Assembly: GCA_964534795.1 (NCBI GenBank)
Contig: CAZHQK010000014.1
Span: forward strand, 13,444 to 77,443
DNA from: an uncultured Acidobacteriota bacterium
Lineage (GTDB): Bacteria > Acidobacteriota > UBA6911
DNA: 64,000 nt
Reading direction: 5' to 3'
Shown here: in pieces, positions 47,663 to 57,880 of the stretch
Numbering within the stretch: position 1 is the first letter of the stretch
Layout of the letters: each line of letters starts with the position of its first letter
Made by a program: the position numbers and the translations under genes
The notes under the pieces: model-generated
Told to the model about the DNA's origin: nothing
Database searches by the model: none
What the model saw: only the letters and a program-made list of their open reading frames with translations

Positions 47663-48265
47663 CTATCTCGAGCGGGTTCTGTCGTTTTTCCTGTCCTTCA
47701 GATCCGCGAGCCGCACGGGCCCTGAAACCGCCTCCCAGCGAAGTTCCGGTTCGCGACCCCTGCGGCTGAAAACATCCACCAGGCCGGCCAGGGTGAGACC
47801 CGCACGATTCTCCCCGCCGGCTTCGCTCTCGGGTTCTTCGACGCGGCATTCCAACTTTATCACGAAGGTTTTGTCCTCCGGAAGCGAGGGCAGCGGCAGC
47901 GCCAGGTTGTCGAGGCACCAGGCCTCGGCGGCGGCCGCGCTCAGATGCGAGACGGATCGGGCCGGCGTGCGCGCCTGCGCCACGGCGAATTTCTCCTCCC
48001 ACAGATCGAAGCTGACGGTGAATCGTTCCTCGAGATGGGAGAGCCTGCCGCCGCCGGCCGCGAGCGACAACGAAAAGACATAAGTCACCGAGGCCCCGTT
48101 GTGCAGGCGCTCGAGCGGCCTGCCTGCGAGAAAGCCCAAACGGGCCGCCACGTGCAGCGCATCTCCCCGGCGCTCCACGGCCAGGGGCGCCGGCTGGGCG
48201 TCCAGGCGGGGACACAATGCCGCGGCGGCCAGAATCAGCAGGGCGAACTTGTGCTTCATGCGCAT
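47663..48265 (-). CDS. Periplasmic DUF4390-like protein (usual upstream partner of NtrY-type kinases)
   Basis: 200 aa. Signal peptide MRMKHKFALLILAAAALCPRLDA. Position immediately upstream of the kinase gene. Confidence 0.5.
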   Translation of the reverse strand: MRMKHKFALLILAAAALCPRLDAQPAPLAVERRGDALHVAARLGFLAGRPLERLHNGASVTYVFSLSLAAGGGRLSHLEERFTVSFDLWEEKFAVAQARTPARSVSHLSAAAAEAWCLDNLALPLPSLPEDKTFVIKLECRVEEPESEAGGENRAGLTLAGLVDVFSRRGREPELRWEAVSGPVRLADLKDRKNDRTRSR

Positions 48266-48267
48266 CC

Positions 48268-49521
48268 CTAGTACCGGAAGCCCGCCATGAAAACCGGGTA
48301 TACCCGGTGCAGCCTGATCGGAAACGCGAGCGAAGCGAAGAAGCCGTCCTTCGAAAGCCAGCCGAATCCCAGCCCGTGCCGGACACGCCCCGCTTGCCCG
48401 GAATCCCATACCGTGCCCGCGTCGTAAAAGAGATGGAACGGGCGATACCGGTACTCGACCGTTCCGTGAGCCATGCGCCGGCCCCCCAGGGGGGCGACAT
48501 CGAACTTGTTCCAGCCGCGCAGGGTGAAGCCGTTGCCCAGGGAGAACCGCTCGAAGAGAGGCGCGTTGCCCGTGATCAGTCCTCCCTGGAAGCGGATGCC
48601 GAACAGGCTGCGATGCCGGGAGACGGTATAGCCGGCGGTCCAGAGATGACGCGTATAGACGAAGTCGCTGTCGAGCACTCGCGTGGCCGAGCGCACGCCG
48701 TAACGGGCCTCGATGCGCTGCCTGAGCCGGCTGCGGCTTTCGAGGTCGCGCCGGTATTGAAGCTCCGCGGTGCCGGCATACGCCGTATCCGTGTGGAGCG
48801 AAGGGTACTGGGTCTGCACGCGCTCGAAGGCGGTCCCCACGCTCAGTTTCAGGTCGCGCAGCGGAATCAGCGAAAGGGAAGGGGCGAAATTCTGTCGCGT
48901 CCGGTACACGCCGGGTATCCCGAATGCCTGCGCCAGGGCCGTCTCGGTCGCCGGATTCCATTTGGCATGGTAACTGTCGAAATCGATCCGCAACTGCACC
49001 AGGTCGGTCCCCAGTCTCCTGTTTTCGTAGCGCAGGCGGAAGCCGGCGTTGCGCTCCAGCAGTTCGTCGGCGCTGTTGACCATGCCGAAGGTGAAGACGC
49101 TGTGGCGCACGCGCAGCGGGATGTCCAGGGCGCCGCTCCAGCCCAGCTTGGAATGGTAGACGACCGGCGGCACGCGCACTTCGAAGCGCTTCCACCGGAT
49201 ACGTTCCGCGACGAAATCGACCTTGACCTGCCCGGGTTGATCGCCGCGCCGGACCCTGACGGAGACGGAATGCTCCGGCAGGCGGCGGCGCAATCTGTCG
49301 GCCAGCCTGTCGGCGGCATCGGGATCGTAGTTTTGCCCTACGAGCTTTTGCATGTCTTCGAGCAGCGCCTTGCCGACTTCGGACTCGGGGATGCCGGTGA
49401 CTTCGACGCTCTCGACGCGGTAGCGCGAATTGACGTTGATATCGACCTTCTGGCTGCCGGCTGCAAGCGCAGCCGGCCCGAGGAGGAGTAACAGGATCGA
49501 AAGGATCTCTCGGTGTCTCAT
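48268..49521 (-). CDS. Omp85-superfamily outer-membrane protein (one POTRA-like domain plus a beta-barrel)
   Basis: 417 aa. Signal peptide MRHREILSILLLLLGPAALAAG. Alternating aromatic beta-strand pattern toward the C-terminus. Confidence 0.45.
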   Translation of the reverse strand: MRHREILSILLLLLGPAALAAGSQKVDINVNSRYRVESVEVTGIPESEVGKALLEDMQKLVGQNYDPDAADRLADRLRRRLPEHSVSVRVRRGDQPGQVKVDFVAERIRWKRFEVRVPPVVYHSKLGWSGALDIPLRVRHSVFTFGMVNSADELLERNAGFRLRYENRRLGTDLVQLRIDFDSYHAKWNPATETALAQAFGIPGVYRTRQNFAPSLSLIPLRDLKLSVGTAFERVQTQYPSLHTDTAYAGTAELQYRRDLESRSRLRQRIEARYGVRSATRVLDSDFVYTRHLWTAGYTVSRHRSLFGIRFQGGLITGNAPLFERFSLGNGFTLRGWNKFDVAPLGGRRMAHGTVEYRYRPFHLFYDAGTVWDSGQAGRVRHGLGFGWLSKDGFFASLAFPIRLHRVYPVFMAGFRY

Positions 49522-49743
49522 GGCCTGATCGCCTGCAAGATTCTTGCCAGGACGTAAGTGCTTCTGCGGCAAGGATGGTTCCGCCCGACGCCTGTGAAGA
49601 TTCGTCACAGGTGTGCGCAAAACCCGATTATACCGGATGGATGGGGGGATTGGGTTCAGGGACAGGCCGGCCTCGAAACCCCGGGATGACCGGCGCGGGC
49701 GCCGGGCCGGAGTTTCGAGGTCGAGCCGCCTGTCCCCGAAAGC

Positions 49744-52700
49744 TCAGAAGTTGATGCGGCCTACGAACTGGATCAGGCGTCCGCCCGGATCCTGTTGCTG
49801 GTTCGGGTCGGTGTAGGCCGAGGTCACCTGGCCGCAGGTCTGCGAGCTGCTGGCACAGGTGGCGCCGTAGAAGTTGATATTGTTGAACGCGTTCAGGAAT
49901 TCGCCGCGCACCTCGAAGTTGACGCGCTCGGTGAAATAGATCCTCTTGACGAGGCTCAGGTCGAAGCGGGTGAACTTCGGACCCCGGATAAACAGGGTGT
50001 ACGGAGCACACTGCCCGCTTACCACCTGCATGCAGTCCTGGGTGTTGGCGGGCGCGACGTACCTTCCGGTCGGCGCGCCGAACGACGTGCTGTAGCCGGT
50101 CGAGGTGGTCGCGCTCACGTTCCAGGCCTTGATCGTGTTGTCGATAAGGTCCTTCGGCAGATAGTACGTGAGCTTGGCGGCGTCGTCGTGCCAGATTCCG
50201 ACGGACTTGCGCAGCTCGTCCGCCGTCATGCCCACGAGCCGGACGTTGCCGAAGTCCAGCAGGTTGCCGCTCTGAATGCGGCCGGTGCCGTGGAATTCCC
50301 AGCCGCCGATGATCTTGTCGAGCACGCCGCCGACGCTGTTGAACAGCAGGCGGTTGCGCCCGAAGGGAAGCTCCCAGAGCCAGTTGACCTTGAAGGCATG
50401 CGGCAGAGTGGTGTTGGCAACCTTCTCCCGCGGCACGCGCCAGGATATCTGGGATGTGCTCAGTCCTTTGGCGAACACGTAGTTGGCCTGGACCAGGAGT
50501 CCCTTGGACATCCTGCGCCGCAGTTCGATCACCATCGAGTCGTACCAGTTCTGGCCGCCGTTGGTGTAGATCCAGGCGCCGCCGCTGAGAACACTGGGAT
50601 TGACAACGAAGAAGTTGAACGGCAAGCCGGCCGCCAGCGCATTGGCGCGGCGCCCGGAGTCGCTTTCCAGGCTGCTGGCGAAGTCGTACGGTCTCGGATA
50701 TGTTCGCGCCAGGGTGTCGACGAAGGTCGAGCTCGAAAAATTGGTACTCGTGTACTTCGCCGGATTGTTCGCGTCCGCGGGCGACAGGCCGCTGAAATAG
50801 GCCAGCGTAATCGGCAGTGGGTAGGTGCCGGTGCCCGGGCCGTAGTACTTGAAGTTGTTGCCGCGCCCTGCGGCCTGGTTCGCCTGCAGGTTGGCCATGG
50901 CGAGCTTGAACTCGTCGAGGAAGCCGTTCTCGACGATATTGCGCTCGTTCAGGTTGCGCTGGTACCAGGGTTTCAGGTTACGCGTGGCCACGTAGCGCAC
51001 CTCGACCACCGTATCCTTGGTGACTTCGCGCTGCACGCCGAAGGACCATGAAAGCGTGTAGGGTGTCCGGATCTGGGGATCGAAGGCATTCGCCGAGTTG
51101 GAAATGGTGGGCAGGATCGGATAGATCGGTTCCGTCATGAAAGGCGGCGGCCCCAGCCGGCTCTTGTCGCGCATGAGCACCGGGTAATCGGTCGCGGGAT
51201 TGGTGACCAGATTGCCCAGGCTCTGGCTGCGCGAGGCATCGATGGTGGATCCCGGGTTGGATCCGAAGATGCTGTTGAAGTCGCTCATGCCGTTGCGGTT
51301 GTATGCGACGGAAAAGCCGCCGCGCAGGACGGTCTGGCCGCCCCCGCCGACGATCCTGCCGAGCCGGCCGCCGCTGCGTTTCGGGCTCCAGGCGAAGCCG
51401 AAGCTCGGCGCGAAGGCCTTGTAGTCGATGTTGTAGGCGTGGGTGCCCTTATCCATCTTGTAGAACTGCGTGGTGACTCCGGTCGAAATGCCCGGCTTGA
51501 AGATATTGCCGATTCCCGAGGGACCCCACACTTCGGCCACGTTGGCGTACGTGAATACTTCATTGACGGGCCGCCACGGCAGCTGCAGCTCCCAGCGCAG
51601 GCCGTAATTGAGCGTCAGACCGGGCCGCACGCGCCAGGAATCCTGCGCGAAAATGCCGATCTCGCGCATCCGGGCGCGCCGGACGAGCTCGCCATAGTAG
51701 GTGTACTTCAGGGTTTTCTCGTTCAGCATGGCCGAGCCGCTGATCGAGGTGACGCGGCCCGTCAGCGAGGCGTAGATCTGCCTTGCTTGAGAAAGCTGCG
51801 TGCTCGAAGCCCCGGGGAAGTTCTTCGGTCCGTTGACCGAATCGAACATGGTTCTGGCCGGATCGTAGGTCGTGTTCACGTCCAGGCCCACCGAGGGCAA
51901 CAGGGTCTGGGACCATGTCCACGAGGCGATGTTGGTGAACTCGAAGCCGAAGCTCAGGCCGTGCGAACCCTTGGTCCAGCTCAGCGTGTCGGCCAGGGTC
52001 TTCACCGGCGAATTGCGGCGGCTCAGGCCGCTGGCGACATAGGGCGTGCTGATTCCATAGGGCGTAAAGCGGAAGCCGTCGAAGTTGGCCACCGGCCCTG
52101 CAAACAAGCCCGCACTCATGTTGGGATTGAAGAGCACCGTGCCCCCGTTGAAGCCGAAGCGCGCCTCGTTGACCAGCCGCGGTGTCAAAGTCGAGCGCAG
52201 GGCGATCGAGGTGCTGAAGCGGTTCGAAAGCTGGTTTCCCCTGGTAGGGAAGCCCGGGAAGGCCGGATCGTAGCCGTTGAGAAAGTCGGGCGAGGAATCG
52301 TACTTGGAGAAATTCCAGCTGCCCTCCAGCCGGTGCTTCTGCGTCAGGTTGATGTCGAAGCGGGCGGTGGGGAACTTGCGCACCTGCATGCCCGTGTTCT
52401 GGAAGTAAAGGTACTGATAGGCGGGGTTGCTGTGTTCCTTGACGGTCCCGCCGGAAGCCGACTTGCGGATGTCGGCGAGGAGCTTCTGGACCGTGGGATC
52501 CATCGTGGAGACCTGGCCGTTCTTGGCGGCCAGCTCGAGCAGGTTGACCTGCCTCACTTCGGTGCCCACGGTATAGAGGAATATCCCCTGCTCGACCATG
52601 GGGTGGTAGATCGTCCGGGTGCGCGTGCGCTGCGTCGGCAGGCGGAACTCCTCGTAGTTGACGAAAAAGAAAAACTTGTCGCGCCCGTTGAAGAGCCCGG

Positions 52701-53643
52701 GAATGATCACCGGCCCCCCGAGCCGGCCGCCGAACTGGTTGAGCAGAACGCGGTCGCGCGGCGCCTTGCACTTGTCGGGCTCGTTGCGCAGTTGTTCGGC
52801 GGTGCACTCCAGCCCGGTCGGCTTGTACACCGGCGCGCGGTCGCGGTTGTTGAACCAGTAGTTCGAGTTCAGCGAGGGGTTGCGGTGGTACTCGTACAGG
52901 CTGCCGTGGAACTCGTTGTTGCCCGAGCGCGTGACGTACTTGATCTGGACCGCGCCCTGCCCGGAGGATTCCGCGCCGGGATTAGCCATGGAGATGGTCA
53001 CCTCCTCGATCGCGTCCAGGCGGGGGCTGATGTAACTGAAAAAGCCGTCGCTCGACTTCAGATAATTGTCCTGGGTGTTGATGCCGTCGATCGTGATGTT
53101 GATTGCCGCCTGCGGCAGGCCGGCGATGGTCGAGCCGCGGGCGCCTCCCGTGGTGTTCACCCCGGGCAGAAACACGAGAAAGTCATTGACGTTGCGCGTC
53201 GCCAGCGGGAGGTTGGTGAGCTGGCTGACCACCATGGTGGTGGCGATGCTGGACGACTGCGACTGTACGACCTCGGCCGCTCCCTGGACCACGACGGTCT
53301 CGTTGAGGCTTCCGACCTCGAGGACGGCGCGGACGTTGCTGGGGGCGGTCAGGTTCACAGGGATATCATCCAGAACAGCCGTTTTGAAGCCCTGGGCGCT
53401 GACGGTCACGGTGTAGACACCGACCGACAGGGCGGGGACGATGAACGTTCCGTTTTCGGCGGAAACGGTTTCGTACTGCATCCCGGTGGCCTTGTGCTTG
53501 GCCGTTATGGTCGCGCCCGGGATGACGGCATCGGACTGATCGACGACCACCCCCGTGATCGCCGACGTCGCGCCGCCTTGTGCGAATGCGGGCGCCACGG
53601 CCAGAGCCACGGCCAAGGGGAGCAGAAGAAGTTTTCGCGTCAT
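49744..53643 (-). CDS. TonB-dependent receptor with an N-terminal carboxypeptidase-regulatory-like (CarboxypepD_reg) domain
   Basis: 1299 aa. Signal peptide, ITGVVVDQSDAVIPGATITAKHKATGMQYETVSAENGTFIVPALSVGVYTVTV (CarboxypepD_reg), plug and barrel, C-terminal aromatic residue F. AGGAGA RBS. Confidence 0.85.
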   Translation of the reverse strand: MTRKLLLLPLAVALAVAPAFAQGGATSAITGVVVDQSDAVIPGATITAKHKATGMQYETVSAENGTFIVPALSVGVYTVTVSAQGFKTAVLDDIPVNLTAPSNVRAVLEVGSLNETVVVQGAAEVVQSQSSSIATTMVVSQLTNLPLATRNVNDFLVFLPGVNTTGGARGSTIAGLPQAAINITIDGINTQDNYLKSSDGFFSYISPRLDAIEEVTISMANPGAESSGQGAVQIKYVTRSGNNEFHGSLYEYHRNPSLNSNYWFNNRDRAPVYKPTGLECTAEQLRNEPDKCKAPRDRVLLNQFGGRLGGPVIIPGLFNGRDKFFFFVNYEEFRLPTQRTRTRTIYHPMVEQGIFLYTVGTEVRQVNLLELAAKNGQVSTMDPTVQKLLADIRKSASGGTVKEHSNPAYQYLYFQNTGMQVRKFPTARFDINLTQKHRLEGSWNFSKYDSSPDFLNGYDPAFPGFPTRGNQLSNRFSTSIALRSTLTPRLVNEARFGFNGGTVLFNPNMSAGLFAGPVANFDGFRFTPYGISTPYVASGLSRRNSPVKTLADTLSWTKGSHGLSFGFEFTNIASWTWSQTLLPSVGLDVNTTYDPARTMFDSVNGPKNFPGASSTQLSQARQIYASLTGRVTSISGSAMLNEKTLKYTYYGELVRRARMREIGIFAQDSWRVRPGLTLNYGLRWELQLPWRPVNEVFTYANVAEVWGPSGIGNIFKPGISTGVTTQFYKMDKGTHAYNIDYKAFAPSFGFAWSPKRSGGRLGRIVGGGGQTVLRGGFSVAYNRNGMSDFNSIFGSNPGSTIDASRSQSLGNLVTNPATDYPVLMRDKSRLGPPPFMTEPIYPILPTISNSANAFDPQIRTPYTLSWSFGVQREVTKDTVVEVRYVATRNLKPWYQRNLNERNIVENGFLDEFKLAMANLQANQAAGRGNNFKYYGPGTGTYPLPITLAYFSGLSPADANNPAKYTSTNFSSSTFVDTLARTYPRPYDFASSLESDSGRRANALAAGLPFNFFVVNPSVLSGGAWIYTNGGQNWYDSMVIELRRRMSKGLLVQANYVFAKGLSTSQISWRVPREKVANTTLPHAFKVNWLWELPFGRNRLLFNSVGGVLDKIIGGWEFHGTGRIQSGNLLDFGNVRLVGMTADELRKSVGIWHDDAAKLTYYLPKDLIDNTIKAWNVSATTSTGYSTSFGAPTGRYVAPANTQDCMQVVSGQCAPYTLFIRGPKFTRFDLSLVKRIYFTERVNFEVRGEFLNAFNNINFYGATCASSSQTCGQVTSAYTDPNQQQDPGGRLIQFVGRINF

Positions 53644-53906
53644 TTCTGTTCTCTCCTTCGAATGAACTGATCCCTTTTGTTTCTGGTGGGCGCGGCTGAG
53701 CCAGGGATCCGCGCCGTCGGCCGATAGGCGGTCTTCAGCCCGGGAGGCGGTCTTCCCGTGTTGTCCCGGCAGTCCAAAGAATCTTCCTCCTTCGTACCGG
53801 TAAATCGGAATCCCTTCGAGTTGCGGGCCGAATATAGCGCCCGGGCTGGAACCGGGTCAACAGTTTATGCATCGAAGATGCGTTTCGGACACCGGGCGCC
53901 CGCAGG

Positions 53907-54175
53907 GTCCGCCGGTCCGCCGCGCCGCGGCGGACCTACCATCCGGCCCCGGCAGGGGCCCTGAGCCGGTAGCCGGGGGTGAGCCGCAGGCGAACCCCCG
54001 GAAAGGCGGGCATGAATCAACCAAGCCCCGGAGGGCCGGCAGAATTTGAATTGGTGCGGTCTTTCTGTCGGCCCTTCGGGGCTTCGCGGGCGCGATGCCC
54101 TTTTCTCCGGGCTCGCTCGCGCTCGCCCGGAGCTATTGTCTTTGCGTGCCCCCGGCACGCCGTGCCGGACCTGGG
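53907..54175 (+). repeat. Structured intergenic repeat, copy E (hairpin ggtccgccgcgccgcggcggacc, head, G-U-variant 18-bp helix, divergent 3' module with palindrome cccggcacgccgtgccggac)
   Basis: ggccccggcaggggccctgagccggtagccgggggtgagccgcaggcgaacccccggaaagg...agccccggagggccggcaga...tctgtcggcccttcggggcttcg. Confidence 0.8.
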
Positions 54176-54243
54176 TGCGCGGAAGCGAACCCGGACAAGA
54201 AAGGCACCCGGGGATGTGCGGGAACAGACGGCGGTGAGAGGCC

Positions 54244-54972
54244 TCAGAATTCGAGAATTCCGTCGTACGTGAAGTCCTTCACCTTGTAGCGCATGTTGAG
54301 CGTGATTTCCTTGCTCAGTTCGCAATAGAAGCGTACTTCACCGCTCTGAGCCGTTATGAAGGGCCGTCCGTCCACGATGCGGTTGAAAACGAACTTGGCG
54401 CCCAGCCCGTCGCTGGTCGGTGCTTGATAGTCGACCAGAAACTGGCGCGTGCCGTCCTTGAGTTCCAGGTAGGTCTTGTTCTGGAGGCTGCCGATGGTGG
54501 CGCTGCCGAAAGCCTGCATCGCCGGTCCCGAGAAGCGCCTGTCCTTGGAATCGTAAGTCACGGCGACGACGATCGTGTCGTCGAAACGGCGCTCGACGAA
54601 ATCGCGCAGGCCCTGGGCCAGCTTCTCGCTCAGTTCTCCGCGCTCGAGCTGGATGACGCGGGCGAAGGCCTGGCGGATCGGCTTGGCCGAAAGAAAGCGG
54701 ATGTGCAGCTTCAGGTCGGTGGTCTGATTGAGCGCGCCGCGCACGTCGCGATTGGCCGCGACCTCCCCTGTCCCCCTTCCCGGCAGGTAGAACATCTCGG
54801 AAGTGTCCGATATCACCTGCGTCTGCGCCCAGGCGGAATCCTCGAGGATCTTCTGCGCTTCTTTCAAGCTCCATTCGGTCCATGGCTTGGACCTTTTCTG
54901 CGCAGCCGCGCCGGCGCCTACCGCCAGAAGGCCCAGGATCGCGGTGACGATGGGAAATGCCGCTCTTTTCAT
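54244..54972 (-). CDS. Secreted hypothetical protein
   Basis: 242 aa. Signal peptide MKRAAFPIVTAILGLLAVGAGAAAQ. No recognised domain. Confidence 0.5.
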   Translation of the reverse strand: MKRAAFPIVTAILGLLAVGAGAAAQKRSKPWTEWSLKEAQKILEDSAWAQTQVISDTSEMFYLPGRGTGEVAANRDVRGALNQTTDLKLHIRFLSAKPIRQAFARVIQLERGELSEKLAQGLRDFVERRFDDTIVVAVTYDSKDRRFSGPAMQAFGSATIGSLQNKTYLELKDGTRQFLVDYQAPTSDGLGAKFVFNRIVDGRPFITAQSGEVRFYCELSKEITLNMRYKVKDFTYDGILEF

Positions 54973-55102
54973 GCCAGCCTCGCCGGAACAGTCAATAGTT
55001 TTCCTGCCATTATAATACCTCGGCCGCGATTTCCGATGCGCCATCGTTGCATCCCCGAGATCGAGCGGCTAGAGTAGGCGGGGAGCTCATGGGGAGGAAG
55101 GC

Positions 55103-56506
55103 ATGTCCAGGCTTTCATGGCATCGCGTGATATGGCCGGCGCTCTTGATTCTCGGCGCTGCGGCTCTCTGTCCGGCGCAGGCGCCGCGGGACTTCGGCGA
55201 GCTCGAGAAGGTTGCGCTCGAGGAATTGCGCGCCCTCAACGTCCCCGGGGCTGCGGTCGGCATCGTGAGCGGCGAGCGGCTGGTTTTCGCCAAGGGATTC
55301 GGCACCGCAAATATCGAGACGGGTGCGCCCGTGACTCCGGACATGCTCTTCCGTCTCGGATCGACGACGAAGATGTTCACCGCGGCCGCGCTGGTCATGC
55401 TCGCCGAAGAGGGCCGCATCCGGCTCGGCGAGCCCCTCGGAACAGCGGTCCGTGGGCTCGACCCCGGACTGGCTTCGCTGACGACGCACCAACTGCTGAG
55501 CCACACGTCGGGAATGCTCGACGAAGCCCCCATGTACGGCAGCCAGGACGAAAGCGCCCTGGCGCGCGAGGTGCGATCCTGGAAGGAAGATCGCCTCTTC
55601 ACGCGGCCGGGCGAGATCTACTCGTACTCCAATCCGGCATACTGGCTGGCCGGCTATGTCATCGAGGAACTGAGCGGCAGGCCTTACGCGGACGCCATGA
55701 ACGATCGGCTTTTCGCTCCCCTGGGGATGGCGCGCACGACTTTCCGCCCGACCGTGGCGATGACCTACCCTATGGCGCAGGGGCACGACGCGCGCGCGGG
55801 GCAGCAGCCCTTCATCGTGCGGCCGCATGCCAACAACGCGGCGTCATGGCCCGCCGGTTCGATATTCTCGAGCGTCCTGGACCTGTCGCGTTTCGTGATC
55901 GCTTTCATGAACGGGGGCAGGATCGACGGCAAGCAGGTGCTTCCGCCGGCCGTGATCACCCGCCTGTCGACGCCTTACGTCGCGATCCCCGGCGAGGCGG
56001 ACTCGCAGTACGGTTACGGCCTGATCGTCCGCAATTACCGCGGGGTGCGCATGCTGCAGCACGGCGGCTCGCGTACGGGCTTCGGCTCGCTGATCTGGAT
56101 GGCCCCCGACGAGCGCTGCGCCGTGATCGTGCTGGCGAACCGCAGCGGCGCCGGCATGAGCCGCACGGCCGACAAGGCCATGGAGACGATGATCGCGCTC
56201 GCGCCGAGACCGGCGGAAGAAAAGCCCCCGGAGATGCCCCTCACCGATGCCGACAAAGCTTCCTGGCCGGGGACGTACTTCCATCCCCCCTCGCAGAAAG
56301 TCGAGATCGTGCTCAAGGAAGGGAAGCTCTTTCTGCGGCGCGGCACGTCCGAACTGGAGATCCGCAAGACGGGCGAAAACAGCTTCATGGCGCTTGCGCC
56401 GGGATCCTCCCAGGGCCAGCGATACGTTCTCGTTCCCGGCAAGGACGGCGCGATCGCCTACCTTTTCTCCGGCGGCCGCGCCCTAAAAAAGGTGAACACC
56501 CTTTAA
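55103..56506 (+). CDS. Beta-lactamase-family serine hydrolase (class C / PBP4-like) with a C-terminal beta-sandwich extension
   Basis: 467 aa. Signal peptide. S-x-x-K (GSTTKMF), YSN motif (YSYSNPAY), HGG near KTG-equivalent. Confidence 0.8.
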   Translation: MSRLSWHRVIWPALLILGAAALCPAQAPRDFGELEKVALEELRALNVPGAAVGIVSGERLVFAKGFGTANIETGAPVTPDMLFRLGSTTKMFTAAALVMLAEEGRIRLGEPLGTAVRGLDPGLASLTTHQLLSHTSGMLDEAPMYGSQDESALAREVRSWKEDRLFTRPGEIYSYSNPAYWLAGYVIEELSGRPYADAMNDRLFAPLGMARTTFRPTVAMTYPMAQGHDARAGQQPFIVRPHANNAASWPAGSIFSSVLDLSRFVIAFMNGGRIDGKQVLPPAVITRLSTPYVAIPGEADSQYGYGLIVRNYRGVRMLQHGGSRTGFGSLIWMAPDERCAVIVLANRSGAGMSRTADKAMETMIALAPRPAEEKPPEMPLTDADKASWPGTYFHPPSQKVEIVLKEGKLFLRRGTSELEIRKTGENSFMALAPGSSQGQRYVLVPGKDGAIAYLFSGGRALKKVNTL

Positions 56507-56587
56507 TAGGGACGCTCACCATTTTTTGCCGGAGAACACCCTGCCGGTTGTCGGGTCGCGTCGGCGGAAAAATGGTGAGCGTCCCTA
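56507..56587. terminator. Long inverted repeat (20-bp perfect arms tagggacgctcaccattttt, extended to about 26 bp) at the convergent gene junction; bidirectional terminator or relic transposon-like termini
   Basis: Left arm 56507-56532, right arm 56562-56587 (overlapping the TAG of the minus-strand gene). About 30-nt spacer carrying its own ccgg...ccgg elements. Confidence 0.5.
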
Positions 56588-56965
56588 TATTTCGATGCGT
56601 TCGACCTTGAAGTAGACCGGCCGGTATCCGTCGGTGCAGCAGACCACGATCGGGTTGCCCTGGCCGATGACCATCGGAATGTAGGCCCGGATGTCGGCAT
56701 AAGCCCATTCGCAGAATTTCTCCGGCATCGCCCATTGCGACGTCACCCGGAACTCCTGGCCGTCGCTGAAGCGCGTGCACGGGCTCTTGGGGCCGCTGCC
56801 GACCTTTTCGATCAGCTCTTTTTCGAATCCTCTCTTGAGTACGGTGATCTTGACGCCGTATTTCGGTCCTGCCTGGGTGCTCTGCTTTCCCTCCGCGCCC
56901 GATACCGCCAGTGCGCAAGCGGGTATCGATGCCGTTGCGGCCAAGAATTCACGCCTTTCCATCAC
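56585..56965 (-). CDS. TIGR04076-like small Cys-containing protein with a Tat-type signal (RREFLA)
   Basis: 126 aa. MMERREFLAATASIPACALAVSGA. Conserved blocks ITVLKRGFEKEL, PCTRFSDGQEF, FCEWAYADI, CCTDGYRPVYFKVERI. Confidence 0.55.
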   Translation of the reverse strand: MMERREFLAATASIPACALAVSGAEGKQSTQAGPKYGVKITVLKRGFEKELIEKVGSGPKSPCTRFSDGQEFRVTSQWAMPEKFCEWAYADIRAYIPMVIGQGNPIVVCCTDGYRPVYFKVERIEI

Positions 56966-57001
56966 GATTCCTCCTTCTGTTCCGATTGTTCCATTCGAGG
57001 C

Positions 57002-57880
57002 CTATCTGCCTCCGAGTGTGGCGAGCTGTGCGGCCGGATCGTAGCCGAAGCGTTCCGCCGAATCGACATACAGAGTCGACGGCACGGTCACCGGCGGTTC
57101 GCCTTTGATGGACTTGAGCAGTTCGAATGCCCGCTCGACGCGCTCCTCGTCGCCCTCGATCGAAAGCACGACCGCGCCCTCGGATCCGCCGACGCCGCCC
57201 GAGCCGATATGCGTGGCGCGCACGCCGGCCAGAACGGCCAAAGCCTGGATTTCGGTCAGAACCTTGCCGAGCACCACCGGGGTGAGGCGCGCGGGCAGGC
57301 CCATGCTGTATTTGAAATGGTATAAACCGGTGTGCTTGGCGGCCTCGATGACCGAAGGGATCAGTTTCTCCAGGCCCACGGGCATGATCAGGTGCGAGCC
57401 CCGGGGTGTGACCACGGGCCATACCATGCCGATCGTTCCCCCGACGAACGACGAGGTGAAAATGCCCGCATTGCCTTCCGGGTCTATGGCATTGGCTCCC
57501 TTGATGAAGACGTCGTCGGGGCCGAAGCTGAGGATTTCGACTTTCGAGTCCGCTCCTTCGACCACCTTTCCGCGCCGGATGACGTGGTGCAGGCAGGGCG
57601 GCGGCCCCGAGTTGCCCGTGGTGATGCCGCGGCACACCATGCCGACCGTCTGGCCGGCCTTGGGCTCGATGCGAATTCCCAGCAGCTCTTCGGTGACGTA
57701 AGCGTTGGTGACACCCCGGCCGATGATGATGGTCCCGTGTTCGAGCGCATGGCGCACCTCGGGAAGTGCGGCCGTGGCCTTGGCCAGAAGGCGGCGCGAT
57801 TCGGAGGGATTGAGAACGGCGAGCGCGGCCGCCTTCTTCGCCCCGCTTTCTCCCCCGGACACCTGAACGTCGTAAAACAT
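57002..57880 (-). CDS. Conserved hypothetical protein co-transcribed with the TIGR04076-like gene
   Basis: 292 aa (MFYDVQVSGGESGAKKAAALAVL...). GGGAGGA RBS. The 404-aa track ORF extends upstream of the RBS-supported start. Confidence 0.5.
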   Translation of the reverse strand: MFYDVQVSGGESGAKKAAALAVLNPSESRRLLAKATAALPEVRHALEHGTIIIGRGVTNAYVTEELLGIRIEPKAGQTVGMVCRGITTGNSGPPPCLHHVIRRGKVVEGADSKVEILSFGPDDVFIKGANAIDPEGNAGIFTSSFVGGTIGMVWPVVTPRGSHLIMPVGLEKLIPSVIEAAKHTGLYHFKYSMGLPARLTPVVLGKVLTEIQALAVLAGVRATHIGSGGVGGSEGAVVLSIEGDEERVERAFELLKSIKGEPPVTVPSTLYVDSAERFGYDPAAQLATLGGR

